From Octopus vulgaris (lineage: Eukaryota), in the NCBI GenBank assembly GCA_951406725.2, contig OX597816.1, positions 96,472,001 to 96,536,000 on the forward strand: a stretch of 64,000 bases of DNA, in the 5' to 3' direction. The notes beneath the pieces are model-generated. The model was given only the letters and a program-made list of their open reading frames with translations. It was not told the origin of the DNA and did no database searches. A program made the position numbers and the translations under genes. Of this stretch, positions 54,320 to 64,000 are shown in pieces; the first letter of the stretch is position 1; each line of letters starts with the position of its first letter.

Positions 54320-56859
54320 TCGTCATCAATATCTGTGATGAAGACAGAGAAACGGCAGGATCGCTAGCATGCTGAACAAAATGCTTAATAGTAGTTCGTC
54401 CATTTTTACGTTCTGCGCTCAAATTCTGCCGAGGTTAACTTTGCTTTTAGATTAATGTATACTTTTCAAGCTTGACTGAATCAATAACTCACGAGGCAGA
54501 TGACGTTTTTTTGAATTCAGTTATAATATCGTGACATGGATGCTAGTGAAGTTATAGCAATATATAGTATTAGAACTGCAATGTAAGGAACACTACAACA
54601 GACAATGCTCGTGGACTCAGTTGATCTTTACGGTTATTGATTTCCATTTTAATTTACATTCTCTGGAATAAGTGCGAAACTGCGGTGACATAAATTTGAG
54701 TAACTTAATACAGATTTGAATCTTTCTGCCTGATTTGACTTATTTTCATTGGTAGCCAGCCGCAGTAAACTGAGTTTCAATGTAAGGGTTTGACTTCAAT
54801 CATTCGACCTAATCATCTATGTATTTCATGCTTCTGACAAAGATTTGAATGTAACAGATATATTAGAGAAATAATTATATACGAAATACTTTCTTCATCA
54901 GCTATCCTGCATTCTTTAGCGACAGTTTAACTAGCTGTGGGTATCGTTAGTGACAGTTTAACTGGCTGTGGGTGTCGTTGATTTAATTGAAATACAATGT
55001 ATATTTGATTACATTATACAATATGTTCTTCCATCCTTTTTAAAGACGATAGGGCGTGATTTGAGTGAAATTTGACTATTGGTTTTGGCAGTTAGAAAAC
55101 ACCTCGAGACTTCCTCGTTGACTCGCTTTCAAATGCAGTAAGCCATTGAAATCTATAACTTATAAAACCGATGGCTTCAAAACCGTGTATCACAATTAAT
55201 CCTTGCTTCTCGATAAAAAAGAATAAAAACATTTATCAAATGAAAAATATTGAAAATTAAAAAGAAAATAATTTCATTGAATTTAAAATAGAAATCTTAA
55301 GAAAGAGATGAGATCTATCAACTAACTGTTCAACCAGTTACTGATTAGGTTGATTAAGTTAAAGAATCCATTATCAATGAACATTCTATATGGCAACCAG
55401 TTTAAATCATAATTTCGGAAGGAAAATATTTCAGAAAGGAGAAAAGATTTTTTTTTTTTCTAAAGCATATATTTTTTTCACCTTGTTTCTCAGAAAACCT
55501 TTCATCTCAGCATTTTCATTTCACATGCGAAAAGAAAAAAGATTAAAAAAAAATAATTCTGCGCCATTCAAGTTTATTGTGAGATCAGCAAATGGTGGCA
55601 ATAAGGAAGTAGTCATGAATAAAAGATGAAGATATTTTTTATAGAGGCGAGTGATTGCAGGCGATGTTCAAACCATTCACTTTCGTGTCCAACATGTTGA
55701 ATAAAATTGAAATTTTAGTTAGAAAACGAAAGCGCTTCCTGTTTCCGAAACGGCTACATAATGTTGACATTAATGCAGGCCAATGTTGTGGTAATGCGTG
55801 TTGAAAATCTAAATTTGTTAAACAAAGTTGAAGATTCGGAGATTGTGAAAAGTTCACGGATATGCCCAAAAGCCCAATTCTTACAATTTATTCTGTGGTT
55901 TCGTCTACAATACTGCTGCTGGTCGATAAAGTATTAGTTCATTAAAAGGTATACTCAAGCTATGACTTCATACAGATACGGCGCTACCCAACCACAAAGA
56001 ACACTGACAATGAACAAGACAATACAATTCACAAATAAGACGACTTTGATATTGAATATTTACAAATAATACCTTAACTGTTGAAAGCGCTAGCTTGAAT
56101 ACCCCAAATAATAATATTGTCACTATCACTCTTCACCAAATGAGTATCTTTCCACTACTTTGCATACCAGTAGCAACTTTGATGGAGAAGTAAGCACTAG
56201 AGAAATTCTGAATAGAATCTTCTCACATAAAAGTCAGCGTTGGGTCGAGGCACACCACAAAAGACGGTACCTCAGTATCTGATAACTACATAAACAAGCA
56301 AATAAAACATGGCCTCCTAAAAACTGGAGTTGAAATCCAAGCACGTGGAACTAGCAGGTAGTTAATCATAAATAAAAATTCCATTTATTGTGTTATCTGT
56401 TTCCTGACTGAAATATATCTTTTATTTTATATATAATATTATATTTCTTTAATTATTCTATAAAATTGATTTTATTCTAAAAACTTCACCTTCTCGTAAT
56501 TCCATTGTTGAATGTGTGAAGGCGGTTTTAATAGCTAAGTTAATCGTTATAAATATTTGTGGACAACTTTACCTTTCATTCTATCGGGGTCGACAGATAG
56601 GTATTTTGAGGTAATCAGCCTGCTCACACCACTCGACATTACTGGCTTCCTACTAAAATTATAAAGGATTTATTATTATTGATATTGCAGTTGAAAGGGA
56701 GGTAAGACAGTAGAATCTGCGCAATACTGGCCTTACTCTTTGACTTCCGAGTTCAAATTCATCGTAGTTGTTCTCTTTTTCTTTCTTTTCCACTTCAATC
56801 CTGTTTATGTTATTATTTATGTTATTGTTTATGTTAATTACCCGGCATGTTTTATTTTA

Positions 56860-57750
56860 TTTTCTGTTCACTACAGCAACGTCAGATTTTCGATGTTTTA
56901 TCTGCTGGTCATATCGTATTTATTACATCCCACAGGATTTTGCAATCCTCATCATCAGTAACTCCATCTGAGAGTTGCTTATGTCACGTCTTCGAGCTCT
57001 CTAGGCCGTAATTTCCACAAAGCTCCCAATGGATTATTCTTGCAGCTTTGTGGTGTCGCCTTTTGTATTCACGTTGTGTTAATTTCGGGCACTCACTAAC
57101 AATGTGGCACGCTGTTTCACCCCTATCACCACATGTACCTCATTTGTCGCTATCAGTTGTTTTATCAATTCTGCACTTCACACTTTTTGTCCCCAGTGCT
57201 TGTTCTTGTACCGTACATATAATTGCTTCTGTTTCACTGCTCTGTATGCATAGCCACCAGCCTTCTGTATCTGTATTTGTGCTTGTGTCTCTTGCAAACT
57301 GACCGTATATATATTTTTTTCCTTTCCAAACCATTTCTGCTTTTCGTTATTTTTCTCCCTCTTTCAATTCCCCTTTCTCGATTCAGTTATTAGTTTTGAT
57401 TATGCCAGACTTCGTAATCATCATCAATGGTTCCACGACATACTTACATAACACTCTAAACTATTTTCTTCTGATTCAGCACAATGCTGACAGCTGATCA
57501 GTCCCCACCCCCCGCCATTTTCTCTGGCCAGGTACAACCGATCAGTGTCACTTTTAGGGTGAAACGCTCAGTACAATGTCAATAATTTTCGTGTCTTCGT
57601 AACCATAGTTGATTTTCCTTCTGCCAGTTTACGATTCCAGCTCCATACCTAAGTGATGGTATCGCCCATGTTTTTACCGCTTAAAATTGATTCTAAGTGT
57701 TCGGAAATACACTTTCTTCAGCTGTTCTTTCATTTCCTTCTCCGTGATGA
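56860..57750 (-). mobile_element. Old, decayed R4/Dong-type fragment (E-like)
   Basis: WLCIQSSETEAIICTVQEQAL, TCGDRGETACHIVSECPKL..EYKRRH..IIHWELC, KILWDV. Confidence 0.72.
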
Positions 57751-57989
57751 TTGAAAAGTAGTATGCCAAAATACATACTACTTCAAATTATCCGTGAAAA
57801 GAAGATATTTGATTCTGAGTAATTTACTTGAACTTATATTCCAGATTCACTTTCCTAAACCCTAAGGTCAGAGGGATCGGGTTAAGTACAAAAACCAACG
57901 GAGATAAACAATTTCCTGGGAAAATCTGCGTCTCACATCATTATTGTTGTTATCGTCGTCGTCGTCGTCGTCATCATCATTGTCATTAT

Positions 57990-58850
57990 GTGATGAAAGC
58001 TCACAGCTCATTTTTGCTGGGTATGATGGAAAGTGTCAGCTGTCCACAGCCAGCAGACTAAGGAGACACTTGTTTACTGGTCATGCTTCAAAAACCCTAC
58101 GAAGAATTCTTGCAGTCCCAAGCAATGCTGATTTTTGTAGCTGTTCTACCCTCATACTTGCACCAATCTTTTGCATCCATGTTAATAATTGATGCTGATA
58201 CTACCAAGTGCACCAATTATTATTGGTATCCCATCTACTCTCCTCATTGACCACAACCTTCATATATCCCACTTTAAGTCGTCATAGTTGTTTGTTTTTA
58301 TTTCTTTCACATAGATCCTGTTGTCACCGGGGCATGCTATGCTCATTATCATGCATTTTCTTTCTTTTTTATTCAGCACAACGATGTCCGGTTTCCTATG
58401 TCTGGTCAGGTGATCACAATGGATCATTGTGTCCCACAAGATTTTGCAATTCTCATTCTCGGTGACTCCTTCTGGGTTTTACACATACCACGCCTTTGCT
58501 CTTTGGAGGCCGTGATTTCCACAGAGCTCCCAATGGGTCGTTCTTTCCACATTATCATGGCGTCGTCTGTATTCGCGTTGTGCCAATTTCGGACATTCGC
58601 TAACGATGTGCCATAGCGTTTCAATCCTCTCACCGCATATTCTGCATTTGTTGCTGTCGGTAATGTTGTCTACTCTACACTTCATATAGTTGGTTCTGAA
58701 TGCTTGTTCTTGAGCTGCGCATATGTGTGCTTCTGTCTCTATCTTCAGGCCACTCCTCCTCATCCATAGCCACCGGTCTTCTGTATGTCTTGGCATTCAC
58801 ATCTCTTGCAAACTGACGGTACATTTTCTTTTCCATCCACGCCTTTCCTT
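57990..58850 (-). mobile_element. R4/Dong-type family E copy 3
   Basis: WLWMRRSGLKIETEAHICAAQEQA..CRICGERIETLWHIVSECPKLAQREYRRRHD; family E 3'UTR. Confidence 0.82.
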
Positions 58851-58869
58851 TTTTGGGGGTTCATTCGCA

Positions 58870-59110
58870 AGCCGGGGAAATAGTTAGAAGCATTTCTTCC
58901 TTACTCATTATGTGTTCTGAGAACAAATTCTTCCGAAGTTGACTTTGCTTTACATCCATTCAGGATCGATAAAATGTTCTGAGAACAAATTCTTCCGAAG
59001 TTGACTTTGCCTTACATCCATTCAGGATCGATAGAATGAAGTACCAGTTAAGTACTGCAATTGATGTAATCGATGCCCTCACATCACGAAACTGCTGTTG
59101 TTTTAATGAT
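58870..59110 (+). mobile_element. SINE (12 kb family) with a 62-bp internal tandem duplication
   Basis: tgttctgagaacaaattcttccgaagttgactttgc.ttacatccattcaggatcgata at 58913 and 58975. Confidence 0.7.
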
Positions 59111-59769
59111 ACTGACGTGGAATTCTTCTGAACGTTACACGAAGTTGGTAATAGTGCACTGTTGCTCAAAACAAGGGAATACTTGTTTTTTTCATCGGCT
59201 GCTATCAAGCTATTTGTTGCATCCTGTAACTAAAATATCTAAAATAATTTTTCGATACATGAATCAACACAACGAATTAGCTCTCTAAAATCAGTTGCAT
59301 GACTTGATCAAAGAAACATTAAATTTTACATGTTAACCTTGCTTTAGAGCTATTTTTGTTGTCATAGAGATCGGAACTGTAATCGACTTTATTTCAGCCT
59401 TTCAAAAATAGAAAATAAGGAAGCTGTTACATACCACAGAGAAGAACGGCAACATTACTTTGAAAACGATAAAATGTATTTGTTACAACATTAATTTCCT
59501 GGTGTATGTTGATCTCGTCTTAATATAAGGTATTCTGAATAATAAAAGCGTAACATATTTGACCTTTGGCTGGTCTGATGACTACGTTTGAATGAGCACG
59601 ATGAGGACGTCGACGGAGGAGCTGACGATAGCGATGACGACAACGACGGTGACAATGATGATAATTAAAGACGATAGACTATGATAATCAGGATTGTATC
59701 GTTTGTGCGTATCGTCATCGTTACCATCATTTTGCCACTCAGCTCTCCTATGCTTATAAGGATTATAAT

Positions 59770-59975
59770 AATCCTTTCTACTATAGGCACCAAGTCTGAA
59801 GTGGCGAAAGGAGTAGTCGATTACATTGACACCAATACTGGACTGGTATTTATTTTATCGATCTGAAAGGAAGAAAAAGTAAAATAGACCTCAGCAACAT
59901 TTGAACTAAGAATATGACATAAATGCTGCTAAACTTTACGTTCGGTGTGCTAAGGGTCTGCTAGCTCTCCGCCTT
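59770..59975 (-). mobile_element. SINE (12 kb family), minus strand
   Basis: cctttctactataggcac..gtcgattacattgac..ctggtatttattttatcga..atttgaact..ctccgcctt. Confidence 0.65.
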
Positions 59976-59983
59976 AAGGATTA

Positions 59984-60945
59984 TCTATTATATAAAATCC
60001 ATTCTCTCTGTCTGTGTGTGTATCTTCTAGGATCTCGGGCATCCGCCATCCGATTGCGCTAAAATTTGATATGTAAATACCGACGGTATCAGAACATGTA
60101 TAAGTCTCGAAAAGATTACAAAAATCGATTCCAGGTGAGAATGCGATCGATAAAGCCGTGGGAACGTGCATTTGTAAAATCGTTTTTCTTGGAATAGAAA
60201 AATGATCTTTATTTCTTCTTTTGCTGTGTCTCAAATTTAGGTTAAATCAGTGTTTCTCAAAGGGGAGGCCAATGGGACGGTCGGACAAGTTGTTTTAAGA
60301 AAATTTGGTTTAAATGTTTGACAACTCAGCACCGTCCGTTGGACGGGGGGCGTTTTGCTCGTAATAATATAATTATAAACTGAAAAGAGAAAGGTATATA
60401 CTTAGGAAACCTGAGTAAAGGTAGAATGGTTCAATTCGCATTATTGGATTTTAATGTGTATCGAAGACAATAAATACACAAGTTTCCCAGTTCAAAGATA
60501 CAGAAAAATGAAAGGAATTTGAAATAGGAAGAAGTGTTGACCTGGTTGAAAGAAACATTGCAAAGAAAATTGTTACAGCCCTAGACGATCATAAATTAGT
60601 CTGCAATCAGAAAATCTGTTGAGTTTAGAAAGTGTATTCTACTTCGTAAAATTTTGTGCTAATTGATATAATCTTTTGTCTTTGTGCACCAAAACATAGG
60701 CAATTCCTGTGATGGCTATTACTTCCACTCAACATAGTCAGGCACCAAATATATAGCACTTATAAATTGTTTTAACCAGTCACTTGAAATAATTTGAAAA
60801 GGTCAACATATTTAATATACATCTCGCTGCCCAAACCAGGGATCTAATCTTCAAATTTTATATGTGTTGAAGTAACATTCAGTTCAAATATAAGCTAATT
60901 GGATTTCAATAAAAATCAATAATGGACCGAGTACCGGGGTTGGGC
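59984..60945 (+). mobile_element. Probable non-autonomous Helitron/Helentron-like element
   Basis: Starts A|TCTATTATATAAAA followed by (CTGT/GT) microsatellite; 3' boundary uncertain. Confidence 0.4.
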
Positions 60946-61042
60946 TATTACATGAGAAAATGAGGGGAGTGCAAAAGTGTTAGGTCCAGGAAAATGTGGC
61001 ATATATATATATATATATAGATATATATATAGATATATATAT

Positions 61043-61118
<76 letters not shown>

Positions 61119-62010
61119 TTCAACACATAAGAGTTGGCCCTAACAGGACATCTGACTCGCTAGGCTAAATGTATATACTACTTTTTATATTTTTATATGA
61201 ATAATATATAGTCTATTGAATAATTGTTTCTTCTCGCTAGACCACTGGTAGCAAAGAATTTTTCTAAAATGTGTTGCTACCCTAAGATAAATATATATAT
61301 ATATATTCTTATATCTATAAGAATGCCATATTAACATGGCGATAACAATTAATTTCCAGTAAACGCTGTCGTAATCTCTTTTATAGAGACTTAGTAATTT
61401 TAATATTTCTATATATATATATATATGTATATATTATGATTATAATTAATATTTTCTACAAGTAGAGTATACTTTTTGCTTCAGATAATTTGTCGCTTGC
61501 TGTTTCATCGAGAGACACCCATCGCAGAAGTTGCCTACAGTTTAGTGAACACAGACAAAAGGTGTACACCAATTAGTCGATAGAGATTAATCAAGTAGCA
61601 GATGACTCTTCGTATTACATAGATTTATGATGTTGAAAATGTCTCTCATAGACAGAATGTTCAACAGAAGAATTTCAAATAATTGTATTATAAGAAAAAA
61701 TACGAGGATTAATAGACAACTAATGTATGTATGTATGTATGTATGTATGTATGTATGTATGTATGTATGTATGTATGTATGTATGTATGTATGTATGTAT
61801 GTATGTATGTATTATGTATGTATGTATATGTATGTATATGTAATTATGTATGAATGTATGTATCTATGTACGTGCGTATGTACGTATGTATGTTGTATGT
61901 ATGTTTGTATGTATATCTATATATATTTGTTAAAAAAGAATATCAAGAATGTATTCAGTAATAAACGTTGAAAACAAATTTACTTTACAGTCACTCATAC
62001 ATGCTTACAC

Positions 62011-63549
<1,539 letters not shown>

Positions 63550-64000
63550 ACCCATTATATATAGAAATGTATACAAATTATATATATATATATGTATAAA
63601 TTAAATTAGAGATAAAACCACTAATAGGCAAATCAAACAGTGAAAAATCAAAAACAAAAACATGAAAATAAAAATATAATATAGAAAATATATAAAATAT
63701 AAAATTGAAAAATTTAAATTATTTAAGTTTAAAATAAAAATTATCAAATTATATTTATAATTTGTTTAAAAATATATATAACTATCAAAAAGTATTAAAA
63801 AGTTTAATATACATAAATACAGATATATACACTTTGTATATATACATTATATATACATATTTATATATAGAACACCCACACACACTCATATATAAATGAA
63901 CGCAAGAAATATCTGATTCATAATATTTGTTCTCATGATTGTGTGTTGTTGTGGCGATGATAATTCTCTCTATGAATGCAGACAGCGAGATAAAGAACGC

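Noticed and set aside
54460-56550. Possible host exons in unique AT-rich sequence
   Set aside because: No convincing ORF, motif or paired splice signals found by eye.

Overview
AT-rich, microsatellite-dense animal genomic DNA made almost entirely of transposable elements. The (TA)n/(TATC)n/(TATG)n/(ATT)n load and the SINE repertoire suggest an octopus-like cephalopod; this is an inference. No intact host protein-coding gene is recognisable. Left part: a near full-length CR1-group LINE (~1.2-5.85 kb) whose ORF1 has an unusual Myb/SANT-like + polyQ + twin CCCH zinc-finger layout, a near full-length RTE LINE (~6.1-9.9 kb), a Helitron Pif1 fragment, mariner elements, Penelope-like RT relics, degenerate hammerhead-like motifs and many tRNA-type SINEs. 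Most striking is 39.0-58.9 kb: about 14 fragments of restriction-like-endonuclease (R4/Dong-type) non-LTR retrotransposons from at least five families. All are on the minus strand, mostly separated by (TAA)n tracts and interleaved with (ATT)-flanked SINEs. Their divergent 3' UTRs share a covarying bulged stem-loop just before the (TAA)n, and several 5' junctions show template-switch footprints. Weak splice signals suggest a possible minus-strand non-coding transcript at 17-28 kb.
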